Shown here: piece after piece, positions 13,122 through 26,805 of the stretch
How the letters are laid out: every line of letters starts with the position of its first letter
How positions within the stretch are numbered: position 1 is the first letter of the stretch
Origin: Somniosus microcephalus
Lineage: Eukaryota
NCBI GenBank assembly: GCA_052327205.1
Contig: CM126213.1
Location: forward strand, 201,810,001 to 201,874,000
Length of the DNA stretch: 64,000 nt
Reading direction: 5' to 3'
Notes under the pieces: generated by a model
The model's input: the letters and a program-made list of their open reading frames with translations, nothing else
The model's database searches: none
Told to the model about the DNA's origin: nothing
Translations under genes and position numbers: made by a program

Positions 13122-14023
13122 ATTAACTCTGTTTCTCTCTCCACATATGCTGCCTGACCTGCTGAGTAGTTCCAGCATTTTCTGTTTTTATTCCAGTTTC
13201 TATGTCACTTACATAACAGATTATAGAAGTTAGGCTATTTTGTATCATTCCAGTGACAGGTTAAATTTCTGATTTCACTTTGGGTGATACAGGAAGTGCA
13301 AAACTCTCATTAAATCAGTTGATTAATGAGACAGAAAATGGATCTGCTGAAATAAGTTCCATTGTCAATGATTTGAGAGTTACGTCAAAAGAAACATTTT
13401 ACACTCAACTGCTAAATAGCTAGCATATGTTCAACTTTTATAGGCTGGAGACTTTTTAATCAGAAACTCCAAACCATAAAAAGGGGCTTCGCCAGAAGAA
13501 CGGAAGGGAGCAAGGGAATAATGAGGACAATTTGGGTTTGCAAACATCACCAGTGCCGTGAGCATTAGGATAGGAGTTTGTGGCCACGATTCTCTATTTG
13601 ACAAGCGTGAGATTTCAACAATGCTGTGAGATCTTTCCCCACAGAATGGTTTTGAACAAATTCAACAGTTAGCAACAGCTGCCATTAACTCAGCTTCTAA
13701 TGACAGAATCACATTGGCAGAGGTCACGGAATATGTTGGATTCTTGCCTTTCAGCTAAAGTATGGTTGTAGCAGAAATGTTGGCCAGGGCAACTACCTGC
13801 CTTTTACATCATCTGAACAAGTATATGGGGCTTGGTGTAACATCTGAACAACAATGCTGAAGTATCACACTGGATTGGGTGCTCAAGACTTGGAGTGGTC
13901 TTGAACCTACAGCCATCTTACTCAGACAAAATTGCAACTAGCTGAGCTAAACTGACATGTAAATTCAGAGTAAAGGGAGTAAAATAGAAATATAATTCTT
14001 AAATTTAACCATCACTTTGCTTA

Positions 14024-14913
14024 GGTTTCACATGTCCACCGACGACACCCAGCTCTACCTCCCCATCACCTCTCCTGACCCCTCCTCTGTCTCTAATTTG
14101 TCACACTGCCTGTCCGACATCCAGTACTGAATGAGTAGAAATGCTCCACCGACTCCATCCCTCTCCATTGCAACTGTCTGAGGCTGAACCAGACCATTCG
14201 CAACCTTGGTGTAGTATTTGACCGAAGTTGAGCTTCCGACCAATTATCTGCTCTATCACCAGGACCGCCGACTTCCACCTCTGTAACATCGCCCGACTCC
14301 ACCGACTCCTCAGCTCATCTGCTGTTGAAACTGTGATCCATGCATGCCTTTCTTACCTCTAGACTTGACTATTCCAATGCTCTCCTGGCAAGCTTCCCAT
14401 CTTCCACCCTCCATAAACTTGAGCTCTGCTGACCGTATCCAAAATCGTACCAAGTCCCGTTCACCCATCACCCCTGTACTCGCTGACCTACATTGGCTTC
14501 TGGTCCAGTAACGCCTTAATATTAAAATTCTCATCCTTGTTTTCAAATCCCTCCATGGCATCGTCCCTCCCTATCTCTGTAATCTCCTCCAGCCTTACAA
14601 CCCTCCGAGATCTCTGCGCTCCTCCAATTCTGGCCTCTTGCGCATCCTTGATTTTAATTGCTCCACCATTGGCGGCCGTGCCTTCAGATGCTGAGGCCCT
14701 AAGCTCTGGAATTCCCTGCCTAAACTTCTCCGCCACTCTACCCCTCTCTCCTTTAAGATGCTCCTTAAAACCTACCTCTTTGACCAGGCTTTTGGTCATC
14801 TGTTCTAATATCTCCTTATGTGGCTCGGTGTCAAATTTTGGCTGATAACCCTCCTGTGAAGCGCCTTGGGACATTTTAATATGTTAAAGCCGCTATATAA
14901 ATGCAAGTTGTTG
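14024..14913 (+). mobile_element. L2 LINE 3' fragment
   Basis: DDTQLYL motif, SRLDYSN, and L2-type tail gctatataaatgcaagttgttgt. Confidence 0.8.
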
Positions 14914-14985
14914 TCAGAAAGTAAGCGCGTAGGGAATGTTTAAGAGGGTGACTTTTTAGTATTATGTTCAAGATAGACTGTATTA

Positions 14986-15667
14986 CAACAACAACATGCA
15001 TTTATATAGCGCCTTTCACATAGTAAAACATCCCAAAGTGAGTCACAGGAGTGTAAGCAGGCAAAATTGACACCGAGCCACATAAGGAGGAATTGGGGCA
15101 GATGACCAAATGCCTGGTTAAAGAGGTAGGTTTTAAACAGAATCTTAAAGGAGGAGAGGCGAAAAGGTTTGGGGAGGGAATTCTAGAGCTTAGGGCCTAG
15201 ACAGCTGAAGGCACGACCGCCAATGGTGGTGTGAAGGAAGTAGGGGATACACAAAAGGCCAGAGTTGGAGGAACATAGAGTTCTCGGAGGGTTATCCGCC
15301 TGATTCAGCCTGAGACAGTGGTCAGGGAGGGGAATGGAGTAGGTGACTAGGGAACAGAGACAATGGCTTCGGTTTTCTTAATGTTTAATTGTTGAAAATT
15401 TCTGCTCATCTGGGGCTGGAAGTTGGACAAGGAGTCTGAAAACACAGAGGCAGTGGAGGAGTCGAGAGAGGTGGTGGTGAGGTAGAGCTGGGTGTCATCA
15501 ATGTACATATGGCCTATGATGTTGTGTCTTTGGACGATGTCGCTGAGGGGCAACATGTAGATGGGAAATAGGAGGGGCCAAGGATAGATTCTTGGGAGAC
15601 TCCAGAGATAATGGTGTGGGGTCAAGAAGAGAAGCTATTGGAGAAGATTCTCTGGCTATGACTGGAT
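14986..15667 (-). mobile_element. L2 LINE 3' fragment, inverted relative to its neighbour
   Basis: ORF 15347-15625 (LLFPIYMLPL...HMYIDDTQLYL) and the same tail on the minus strand. Confidence 0.8.
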
Positions 15668-16136
15668 AGGAAAGAAAGACTTGCATTTATATAGCACCTT
15701 TCACAACCACCGGACGCGTCCCAAAGCACTTTACAGCCAATGAAGTACATTTTGAAGTGTAGGCACTGTTGCAATCTAGGAATCACGGCAGCCAATTTGC
15801 ACACAGCAAGCTCCCACAAACAGCAATGTGATAATGACCAGATAATCTGTTTTAGTGATGTTGATTGAGGGATAAATATTGGCTAGGACACCGGGGAGAA
15901 CTTCCCTGGTCTTCTTCAAAATAGTGCCATGGGATCTTTTACGTCCACCTGAGAGTGTAGACGGGGCCTCAGTTTAACGTCTCATCCAAAAGACGGCACC
16001 TCCGACAGTGCAGCGCTCCCTCAGTACTGCACTGGAGGGTCAGCCTAGATTTTTGTGTTCAAGTCTCTGGAGTGGGACTTGAACCACAACCTTCTGACTC
16101 AGAAGCGAGATTGCTACACACTGAACCACGGCTGAC
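15668..16136 (-). mobile_element. SacSINE1-like DeuSINE (tRNA head, Deu core, L2-type tail)
   Basis: Head gtcagccgtggttcagtg...ggttcaagtcccactccagagac; Deu-like core gtgccgtcttttggatgagacgttaaactgaggccccgtc...ggacgtaaaagatcccatggcactattt; tail tataaatgcaagtctttctt. Confidence 0.82.
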
Positions 16137-18349
16137 TACACCAGGTATTGCATGTAGCAAATTAATTTTACACTTTTTATAAATTAATTTTATTTTTCAT
16201 CGTATGAAACCTTATCTGTGGTAGGTAAAGTATTTGCTGCAGCATCCAACATGGTGAAGTTTAATTGAAATTTCCAAAGGTATCAGATTTTGTTAGAATA
16301 GATAAGTGCAACTGAAGGAAATGGGAAACTTCTGTTCCTGTATTTCTTTAGCTTTAGTAAACCAAATAGTTCTGTAAAGTCAATAAAGAACTGAATGTTA
16401 ATATTCTGCGAATCTATTTCTTTTTTGTTTTGTTTCCCATTCTGTCTCGCACCATCTAACAAGGTTAGTCCCATCCCCATCCTCAGTTAAGAGAACAGGA
16501 CAAAGCATAGAGCTGAATGGATGCCAGGAAGTTTGCTTTTGCACTGCAGGGTGGGATGGGCATTTAAAGATTATCTCCACCCCAATAACTCAGACTGGCA
16601 AACACAGATGGGTTAAAGTCCTGAACTGTCATTAGCCTGCAAAGTACTTTATAATTGCGTTCATGTAGCCTCATCATCAGACTGTTTCAAAACACCACAC
16701 ATTCCCACAATGCATTACTTTCAAAGTGTTTACTTTGTCGTTGTAGGAGAGCAGGATTCTTCCATCAATAAAAACATGATTCCTACATAAACCCTTCTGA
16801 CCAAGAACTTGCAACAGTACTGCTTAAAATCAGAATCTATTTAGTAAAAGTTTATTTTATTTTGCTCAACTTGCAAGATCTAGCTTGCGCCTCACACAGC
16901 CCAAGGGTAGTTTCCTACTGCATGGCTTATTTTACAGTATTAGTTCCGAATATGATTTCAATTACAATCAGGATTAACGAGTACATACACAACAACCTAC
17001 AAAATTTGGAAAAGCTGTCAAGCGGCTTCAAAAAACCTAACACAGCCCGCAAACGCTAACAACTCAATAAAAAAATGAAAAACTGAAAAATAGCCTTGAA
17101 TGAAGGCCTATAACCAAGGCCACTCTTTCAAGGTCACAGAATAGGTTACATTTTTTAATACTACTTTGGATTTCAGAATTTTTCTAAGTTATTTGGGATC
17201 ATGTTCTACAATGCATTTTGTTTTTCTCTAACGGATGAAAAGAAGCAGTTCTAATGGGACTGCAGTGGGTCATGAACTTACCATGGCATAAACTGCAGCT
17301 ATCACTAATATTCTGTCAGTTGTGACTTAACGCATGAAATGCTATTTTTGCAGTGTGGGATTTAGAAGAAGTACAAGAATAGGTAGGAGAGCACAACAGT
17401 CACCAAATGATAAGAGGGGTAAGCAATGACGAAGTAGGCTTGCCTATGATGTGGATTATTAGAGACTTAATGGAATATGCAGGAAGGTAGAATTTGAGAA
17501 ATTGGATAGTTTTGAGAAAATTCAGAAGAATGTTCCCTCTATTAAGATTTGACAAGTCTTGGTGCCAGATAGTACTGGCCCAAGTGGTCCTGGCTCCTCA
17601 GCCTTTTTAGGCGTGTCTCCTGCTCATCCTCTGAGAACTTTTGGTGTTGTTCCATATCATGGATCCCTCTCTCAATGGCTATGTTGTGCAGAATGCAGCA
17701 AGCTACAGTAATCCTTGAGACTTTTGCAAGACCCTACTAAATTGACCTACGCAGCAGAAGCTATGCTTCATTATGGTTTGCTCAATGTGCACTCGAGTGG
17801 TGCCATGGGTTGTTATGTTTGTGCTCTACTGATGTTTTGTGCCACATAGGGGTCATGAGCCAAGGCATCATAGAGCATCCCCAGAGATCCCAAGAGCCTG
17901 CATTTCACTCCCTGGTTTTCTGCGAATAACAGGAATACAGTGAGTGGACTACCTCAATGTCCGATTCACAGCAACATTAATTATTCCTCAGGAAAAGGAG
18001 CTTATTTTAAACTATTTAAAATTGTTCGGGAATATTTTGATAAGATTTAACAGTTGCACTGAAATCAGGTCTTTTATCACAGGAATAGATTCTCAGGGTA
18101 GCAGATGTAATTTGGAAAAGACAGATGGTGACATTCTCTCTGCTTCTGGGTTATATTTGGTGAATCAGTACTTGGAAATTACAGCAAAAAGTGTTAATTC
18201 ATCTTTTTAAACAGGCAATAAATATAGGGAATGGGGTGGACCTTGTAGAAAACAAAATCAACGGCTATGTCAGTACAATTTTCCGATATGTGTTCTTGAC
18301 AAACACGGCTTTCTACCAGGAGTGTAAAAGGAGGAAATTTACTCTCATA

Positions 18350-18750
18350 TAACATAGTTAGGTTCAATATATAAATTCAAAAGAAGGAGGAACAGTCAAA
18401 GATAAAGGCACTTGTTTGGGAAAAATAAGCCAGTTTCAATTAGATAAAAGCCCAGATAAATTAGAAAGAAAAGTTAGCAGATAAGACAAATAATAGGAAA
18501 TGTGTAAGCACGAGATGATTAGGACACAGACTGGACAAATTCCCACAAGAAAAGATGGTGCTGCAAAAGCTGGAGTTCATTGGGTTAGAGAAATTACAAT
18601 CAGACTTAAAAAAGAAGCATTTGACAAATCAAGAGTTAATAATACAGAAGAAAATAGAGAGTTTAAGAAGAAAAGATTAGAAAAGCTGAGAGAGGATATG
18701 AAGAAAGACTGGCGGGGAATATAAAGGGAAATTGTAAAGGATTTTCTAAA
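18350..18750 (+). mobile_element. Old CR1 ORF2 remnant
   Basis: Degenerate similarity to the inter-domain region of other CR1 copies (KKEAFDK...). Confidence 0.5.
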
Positions 18751-19049
18751 CACAAAAAATTGTGACATCCTAAATGTGCTTGTGCACAACCTTACTTTTT
18801 TGGAACTTGAGAACATTCCAAATTTCTTTCAAACATTGCACTTGTATATTCATTATTTGTTTTCATACTTGGTAGATTTAGAGCCAAATGTATGTGGTTG
18901 AGATCAAACTTTCTAAATTTCAGTTGTTCTTGGATTTTGGGTTGGGAATCAGGTTCATCACTAATCAAGTCTCCAGTAGGTTAATGCTATGAATTGATAT
19001 CGAAGACAGTGATAAAGATCACATGCCCATAATTGTCACATTTCATAAA

Positions 19050-19790
19050 ATGATAAAAACTTACAGCACACAAGGATGTTATTCGGCCCGTCATGCCTGT
19101 GCTGGTTCTTTGAAAGAGCTATCATGCTTCGTCCCACATCCCCACTTTTTGTCCATAACCCTGTAAGTTCCTCATCCTCAAGTATCCGTCCAACTCTCTT
19201 TTAAAATTATTTATGGAATCAGCTTCCACCACCTTTTCAGGGAGAGCGTACCAGGTCCTGACAACTCTCTGAATGAAAAAAATTCTCCTCGTCTCCCCTC
19301 TAGACCTTTTTCCAATGATTTTGAAACCATGACCTCTGGTTATTGACCCACTCACCAGAGGGAATGTTTTTTCCCTATTTACTCTATCAAAACCTCTCAT
19401 CTTGAAAACCTCAATTAGGTCACCTCTTAACCTGTTCTGTTCCAAGAGAACAGTCCTAACTTTTCCAACCTCTCCTCATAACTGAAGTCCCTCATCCCTA
19501 GTAACATCCTGGTAACCAGTGTCAGCTGTGGCTCAGTGGGTAGCACACTCACTACCCACAATCAACCCTTAATCACCAGAACAAAAACAGTTTATCTGGT
19601 CATTATCACATTGCTGTTTGTGGGAGCTTGCTGTGCACAAATTGGCTGCTGCGTTTCCCACATTACAACAGTGACTACACTCCAAAAGTACCTCATTGGC
19701 TGTAAAGCGCTTTGGGACATCCTGAGGTTGTGAAAGGTGCCATATAAATGCAAGTCTTTTTAAACCTCCTCTGTAACCTTTCTAATGCTT
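19050..19790 (-). mobile_element. CR1 3' fragment interrupted by a SINE
   Basis: ORF 19122-19445 RLRGDLIEVFK...FIQRVVRTW; the element resumes after 19760. Confidence 0.8.
19521..19760 (+). mobile_element. Internally deleted SacSINE1-like SINE
   Basis: Head gtcagctgtggctcagtgggtagc joined almost directly to the 3' half that matches 15668-15860. Confidence 0.7.
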
Positions 19791-19965
19791 TTCTTTTTCC
19801 CCCCCCCAAGGGTATTTTTCCCCTCCTTTCCTACTCTACTAAAATTGTTAATTCTTTGATGGAGATGGTTCCCCAGGTGCCAGGCACCTTGTGGTACCTT
19901 GACCTAACAGCCATTCTTGTGTGCACTTAGGTAGTAACAGCCAACACAACATTAAACCATGGGCT

Positions 19966-20750
19966 GCATAGAATCTACAGCACAGAAATAATGCATTTGG
20001 CCCATCTGAGTTTATACTCCACACAAACCTCCTTCCTCTCATCACCCTGCCCCCATATCCCTCTATTCCCTTCTTTCTCAGATATGCATCAAGCCTCACC
20101 TTAAATGCATCATTACCATCAGTCCACCACATTATTAGCTATCTGCCCACAGTTTGGTATCATCTACAAATTTCAACACCATACCTCCAATTCTGGAGTC
20201 CAAATCAGTTATGTATATGGTAAACAACAATGGTCCCAACACAGATCCCTGTGGGACACCGCTTCCCAATTTCTGCCTGTCTGAGAAACTTTCCTTAATT
20301 CCAATCCTCTGTTTACTGTTTTGTAGCCATCTTTCAATTCATTCTGCAAACTGGTCCCTAACTCTGCATGCTCTGACCTTTGTCATGTGTCTTTTATGTG
20401 ACATGTTAATAAAGGTCTTCTGAGAGTCCATGTATACCATGCACTGCAATGCTCTTGTCTAATCTTTCTGTTACTTCAATGAATTCAATAAGGTTGGTTA
20501 AACATGACCTTCCTTTAACTGTTTTATTATCTGATCTTATAGCAAAGATTCCAGTTAATCTAATTAGTCTATAGTTCCCTTGAAGACCTATCTCCCTTTT
20601 TGAAGATAGGCATTATGCTTGCTGTTCACCAGTCCTCAGGCACTATTTCATTTTTCTATGGTTATTAATGCCTCTCCTATCTCCTCCCCAACATCTTTGA
20701 GTATCCTATCCGCAGGTGCAATCCATCTGGACACGAGGTCTTGTCCTGAT
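19966..20750 (-). mobile_element. Old CR1 tail and RT remnants
   Basis: GVPQGSVLGPLLF-like sequence (cccacagggatctgtgttgggaccattg on minus) and a CR1 tail. Confidence 0.7.
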
Positions 20751-20852
20751 TAAGATCATAGAATCACAGAATGGTTACAGCACAGAAGGAGGCCATTCAG
20801 CCCATTGAGACTATGCCGGCTCTCTGCAAGAGTACTTCAGCCAGTCCTACTC

Positions 20853-23800
20853 AAGGACATAAGAAATAGGAGCAGGAATAAGCCACTTGGCCCCTCGAGC
20901 CTACTCTGCCATTCAATAAGATCATGGCTGATCTTGGGCTCAAAGCCACTTCCCCACCCGCTCCCCATTACCCTTCACTCCCTTATCTTGCAAAAATTTG
21001 TCTATTTATCTCCACCTTAAATGTATTTAATGACCCAGCCTCCACGGCTCTCTGGGGCAGAGAATTCCACGGATTTACGACCCTCTGAGAGAAGAAATTC
21101 CTCCTCATCTCAGTTCTAAAAGGGCGACCCTTTATTCTGAAACTATGCCCCCGAGTTCTAGATTTCCCCACGAGGGGAAACATCCTCTCTGCATCTACCT
21201 TGTTGTGCCCCCTCAGTATCTTACATGTTTCAATAAGATCACTTCTCGTTCTTCTAAATTCCAATGAGTATAGGCCCAGCCTGCTCAACCTTTCCTCATA
21301 AGTCAGCCCCCTCATCTCTGGAATTAACCTAGTGAATCGTCTCTGAACTGCCTCCAATGCAAATATATCCTTCCTTAAATAAGGAGACCAAAACTGTATG
21401 CAGTACTCAAGGTGTGGTCTCACCAATACCCTGTACAGTTGTAGCGGGACATCCCTGCTTTTATACTCCAACCCCTTTGAAATAAAGGCCAACATTCCAT
21501 TTGCCTTTTTGATTACTTGCTGTACCTGCATACTAACTTTTTGTGTTTCATGCACAAGGACCCCCAGGTCCCTCTGAACTGTAACATTTTGTAATCTCTC
21601 TCCATTTAAATAATAATATACTTTTTTATTTTTCCTGCCAAAGTGTACAACCTCATACTTTTCCACATTATACTCCATCTGCCAAATGTTTGCCCACTCA
21701 TTTAGCCTGTCTATATCCCTTTGCAGGTTCTTTGAGTCCTCTGCACAACTTGCTTTCCCACCCATCTTTGTATCATCTGCAAACTTGGCTACATTACACT
21801 TGGTCCCTTCATCCAAGTCATTAATGTAGATTGTAAATAGTTGAAGCCCCAGCACCGATCCCTGTGGCACCCCACTAGTTACCATTTGCCAACCGGAAAA
21901 TGACCCATTTATCCCGACTCTCTGCTTTCTGTTAGTTAGCCAATTCTCTATCCATGCTAATATATTACCCCCAATTCCGTGAGCTCTTATCTTATGCAGT
22001 AACCTTTTATGTGGCACCTTATCGAATGTCTTCTGGAAATCCAAATACACCACATCCACTGATTCACCTTTGTCCATCCTGCTCGTTACCTCCTCAAAGA
22101 ACGCCAGCAAGTTTGTTAAACATGATTTCCCTTTCATAAAACCATGCTGACTCTGCTTGACTGCATTATGATTTTCCAAATGCCCTGCTACTGCTTCCTT
22201 AATGAAGCATTTTCCCAACAACAGATGTTAGGCTAACTGGTCTATAGTTTCCTGCTTTCTGTCTCCCTCCTTTCTTAAATAGGGGTGTTACATTTACGGT
22301 TTTCCAATCTGCTGGGACCTCTCCAGAGTCCAGGGAATTTTGGTATATTGCAACCAATGCATCCACTATCGCTGCAGCCACTTCTTTTAAGACCCTGGGA
22401 TGCCGGCCATCTGGTCCAGGGGACTTGTCATCTTTTAGTCCCATTATTTTACCAAGTACTGTTTCCTTAGTGACAGTGAATGTCTTTAGTTAGACCCCTC
22501 CCTGTGACCCCTTGATTATCCATTATTGGGATGTTGTTAGTGTCTTCTACCGTGAAGACAGATACAAAATATTTGTTCAGAGTCTCTGCCATTTCCCCGG
22601 TCCCCATTATTAATTCCCCAGTCTCATCCTCCAAGGGACCAACATTTACTTTAGCTACCTTCTTCCTTTTTATATACCGGTAGAAGCTCCTGCTATCTGT
22701 TTTAGTGTTTCTTGCCAGTTTACACTCATAATTCATCTTCTCTCTCTCTTATTTTTTTAGTCAGCCTTTGCTGGTTTCTAAAAATTTCCCAATCCTCTGG
22801 TCTCCCACCAATCTTGGCAACATTGTATGCCTTCATTTTCAATTTGATACCATTCCTTCCTTAGTTAGCCACGAATGGTGCTCCCTTTCTTTCTCACTGG
22901 AATATATTTTTGTTGAGAGTTATGAAATATCTCTTTAAATGTCCACCGCTGCATTTCAACTGTCATACCCTTTAATTTATTTTTCCAGACCACTTTAGCC
23001 AATTCTGCCCTCATGCCACTGTAATTGCCTTTGTTTAAGATCAGGACACTGGTTTGAGATACAACTTTCTCACTCTCCAACTGAATTTGAAATTCAACCA
23101 TGCTATGATCACTCTTTCCAAGAGGATTCTCCTTTACTATGAGATCATTTATTAATTCTGTCTCATTAAATAGTACCAGATCCAAGATAGCCTGCTCCCT
23201 GGTTGGTTCCACTACATACTGTTCTGGAAACCATCCCGGATGCACTCTATGAACTTCTCCTCAAGGCTACCATGGCTAATTTGATTTGTCCAGTCAATAT
23301 GGAGATTAAAATCACCCATGAATATAGGGAGTTAGGAGGTAAATTAAAAAATAGAACCTCAAATGGTAGTAATCTCAGGATTGCTACCAGTGCCACGTGC
23401 TAGTCAGAGTAGAAATAGAAGGATATTTCAGATGAATACGTGGCTAGAGGAATGGTGCAAGGGGGAGGGATTCAAATTCCTGGGACATTGGAACCAGTTC
23501 TGGGGGAGGTGGGACCAGTACAAACCGGACGGTTTGCACCTGGGCAGGGCCGGGACTGATGTCCTAGGGGGAGTGTTTGCTAGTGCTCTGGGGGAGGGTT
23601 TAAACTAAAATGGCAGGGGGTTGGGAACCTGAGCGGGGAGACAGAGGAAAGGGAAACAAGGATAAAAACAAAAGACAGGAAGGAGAAAAACAAAAGTGGC
23701 AGACAGAGAAATCAAGGGTTTAAATCAAACATGGCTACAGTAAATAATAATATTAAAAGATCTAAGAGTGTTAAAAAAACAAGCCTAAAGGCTTTGTGTC

Positions 23801-26800
23801 TTAATGCGTGGAGCATTCATAATAAGGTGGATGAATTAGCTGCGCAAATAGATGTAAATGAATATGATATGATTGGGATTATGGAAACATGACTCCAGGG
23901 TGGCCAAGGCTGGGAACTCAACATCCAGGGGTATTCAATATTCAGGAAAGATAGGCAAAAAGGAAAAGGAGGTGGGGTAGCATTGCTGGTTAAAGAGGGG
24001 ATTAACACAATTGTAAGGAAGGATATTAGCTCTGATGATGTGAAATCTGTATGGGTAGAACTGAGAAATACCAAGGGGCAGAAAATTTTAGTGAGTGTGG
24101 TATGTAGACCTCCAAACAGTAATGCGGAGGTCGGGGATGGCATTAAAAGGGAAATTAGAGAAGCGTGCAATAAGGACACGGCAGTTATCATGGGTGACTT
24201 TAATCTACATATAGATTGGGCTAACCAAATTAGTAACAATACTGTGGAGGAGGAATTCCTGGAGTGTATACGGGATGGTTTCCTGGACCAATATGTCGAG
24301 GAACCAACTAGAGATCAGGCTATCTTAGACTGGGTATTATGTAATGAGAAAGGAATAATTAGCAATCTTGTTGTGCAAGGCCCCTTGGGTCGTAGCGATC
24401 ATAATATGATAGATTTCTTCATTAAGATGGAGAGTGAAGTAGTCGACTCAGAGACTAGGGTCCTGAATTTAAATAAAGGAAACTACGATGGTATGAGGTG
24501 TGAGTTGGGTAGGATTGATTGGGGAATGTCACTCAAAGGGTTGACGGTGGATAGGCAATGGCAAACATTCAAAGATTGCATGGATGAACTACAGAATTTG
24601 TTCATCCCAGTTTGGCATAAAAATAAAACAAAAAAGGTGACTCAACCGTGGCTAACAAGGGAAATTGGGGATCCAAGGAGAGGACATATAAATTGGCCAG
24701 AAAAAGCAGTAAACCTGAGGATTGGGAGCAGTTTAGGATTCAACAAAGGAGGACAAAGGGATTAATTAAGAGGGGGAAAATAGGGTATGAGAGTAAGCTT
24801 GCAGGGAACATAAAAAACTGACTGTAAAAGCTTTTATAGATATGTGAAGAGAAAAAGATTGGCGAAGTCAAGTGTAGGTCCCTTGCAGTCAGAATCAGGG
24901 GAATTTATAATGGGGAACAAAGAAATAGCAGACCAATTAAATACATACTTTGGTTCTGTCTTCACAAAGGAGGACACAAATAACCTCCCAGAGATGTCGG
25001 GGAACATAGGGTCTAATGAAAGTGAGGAACTGATAGAAATCAGTATTTGTAGGGAAATGGTGTTAGAGAAATTGACAGGATTGAAGACCGATAAATCCCC
25101 AGGGCCTGATAATCTACATCCTAGGGTACTTAAGGAAGTGGCCTTAGAAATAGTAGATGCATTGCTGGTCATCTTCCAAAATTCGATAGACTCTAGAACA
25201 GTACCCATGGATTGGAGGGTAGCTAATGTTACCCCACTATTCAAAAAGGTGGTAGAGAGAAAATGGGGAACTACAGACCGGTAAGCCTGACATCGGTCGT
25301 GGGGAAAATGCTAGAGTCCATTACAAAAGATGTAATAGCAGAGCACTTGGAAAACAGTGACAGGATTGGACAAAGTCAACTTGGATTTACAAAAGGTAAA
25401 CCGTGCTTGACTAATCTACTAGAATTTTTTGAGGATGTAACTGGTAAAATAGATAAGGGAGAACCAGTGGATGTGGTGTATTTGGATTTTCAGAAGGCTT
25501 TTGATAAGGTCTCACATAAGAGATTAGCATGTAAAGTTAAGGCACATGGGATTGGGGGCAAGGTATTGACTTGGATAGAGAATTGGTTGGCAGACAGAAA
25601 GCAAAGAATTGGAATAAACGGCTCTTTTTCTGAGTGGCAGGCAGTGACTAGTGGGGTACTGCAGGGATCAGTCCTTGCACCCCAGCTATTCACTATATAT
25701 ATTAATGATCTGGACGAGGGAACTAGATGTAATATCTCCAAGTTTGCAGACGACACAAAGCTGGGTGGGCGTGTGTGCTGTGAAGAGGATGCCGAGAAAC
25801 TCCAGTATGATTTGGACAGGTTGGGTGATTGGGCAGAAGCATGGCAGATGCAATATAATGTGGATAAATGTGAGGTTATCCACTTTGGTGTCAAAAACAG
25901 GAAGGCAGATTATCTGAATGGCAATAGATTGGGAGAAGGGGAAGTGCAACGAGACCTGGGCGTCCTTGTGCACAAGTCGCTGAAGGTAAGCATGCAGGTG
26001 CAGCAGGCGGTTAAGAAGGCAAATGGTATGCTGGCCTTCGTAGCGAGAGGATTTGAGTACAGGAACAAGGATGTCTTGCTGCAGTTGTACAGGGCCTTGG
26101 TGAGACCACATCTGGAGTATTTTGTGCAGTTTTGGTCGCCTTATCTGAGGAAGGATGTTCTTGCCATGGAAGGAGTGCAGCGAAGATTCACCAGACTGAT
26201 ACCTGGGATGGCAGGAATGACGTATGAGGAGAGATTGGGTCGATTGGGCTTGTACTCGCTGGAGTTTAGAAGAATGAGAGGGGATCTCATTGAAACTTAT
26301 AAAATTCTAACAGGACTAGACAGACTAGATGCAGGAAGGATGTTCCCGATGGCGGGGGAGTCCAGAACCAGGGGTCACAGTCTAAGGATAAGGGGATAAG
26401 CCATTTAGGACAGCGATGAGGAGGAATTTCTTCACCCAGAGAGTTGGGAACCTGTAGAATTCTCTACCAAAGAAGACAGTTGAGGCCAATTCATTAAATA
26501 TATTCAAGAAGGAGTTAGATATATTTCTTAAGGCTAAAGGGTTCAAGGGATATGGGGAGAAAGCAGGGATAGGGTACTGAGTTTGGATGATCAGCCATGA
26601 TCGCATTGAATGGCGGAGCAGGCTCGAGGGGCCAAATGGCCTACTCCTGCTCCTATCTTCTATGTTTCTATGATTATAACCGTACCTTTTTTACAGGCCT
26701 CCATTATTTGTTGATTTATACTCTGTCCAACAGTATTGCTACTGTTCAGGGGGCCTGTAGACTATGCCCACTAGAGACATTTTACCTTTATTATTTTTTA

Positions 26801-26805
26801 TCTCC
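20853..26805 (-). mobile_element. CR1 element B (middle), split into 20853-23321 and 26674-26805
   Basis: RT ORF 20983-22221 (FADD). The endonuclease reading VGIVYRPP...ACKKGTVII | MGDFNLHIDW continues across element C. Confidence 0.85.
23322..26670 (+). mobile_element. CR1 element C (inner, young): ORF1 C-terminus, ORF2 APE-RT, 3' tail
   Basis: ORF1 SGNH-esterase-like end (VVISGLLPVP...DGLHL); APE (ORF 23983-24765, MGDFN, SDH); RT (ORF 25263-26399, FADD); a few stops/frameshifts; flanked by atga...atga. Confidence 0.92.

Noticed and set aside
16958-16996. Candidate terminal exon VVVYVLVNPDCN* (ITIM-like) after ttttgtag on minus
   Set aside because: Fits phase 0, but the composition is atypical and such matches arise by chance; other candidates (~9637, ~16372) were equally unconvincing.
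23363-23608. SGNH esterase-like ORF as a host gene
   Set aside because: It is the known esterase domain of CR1 ORF1, directly upstream of ORF2.
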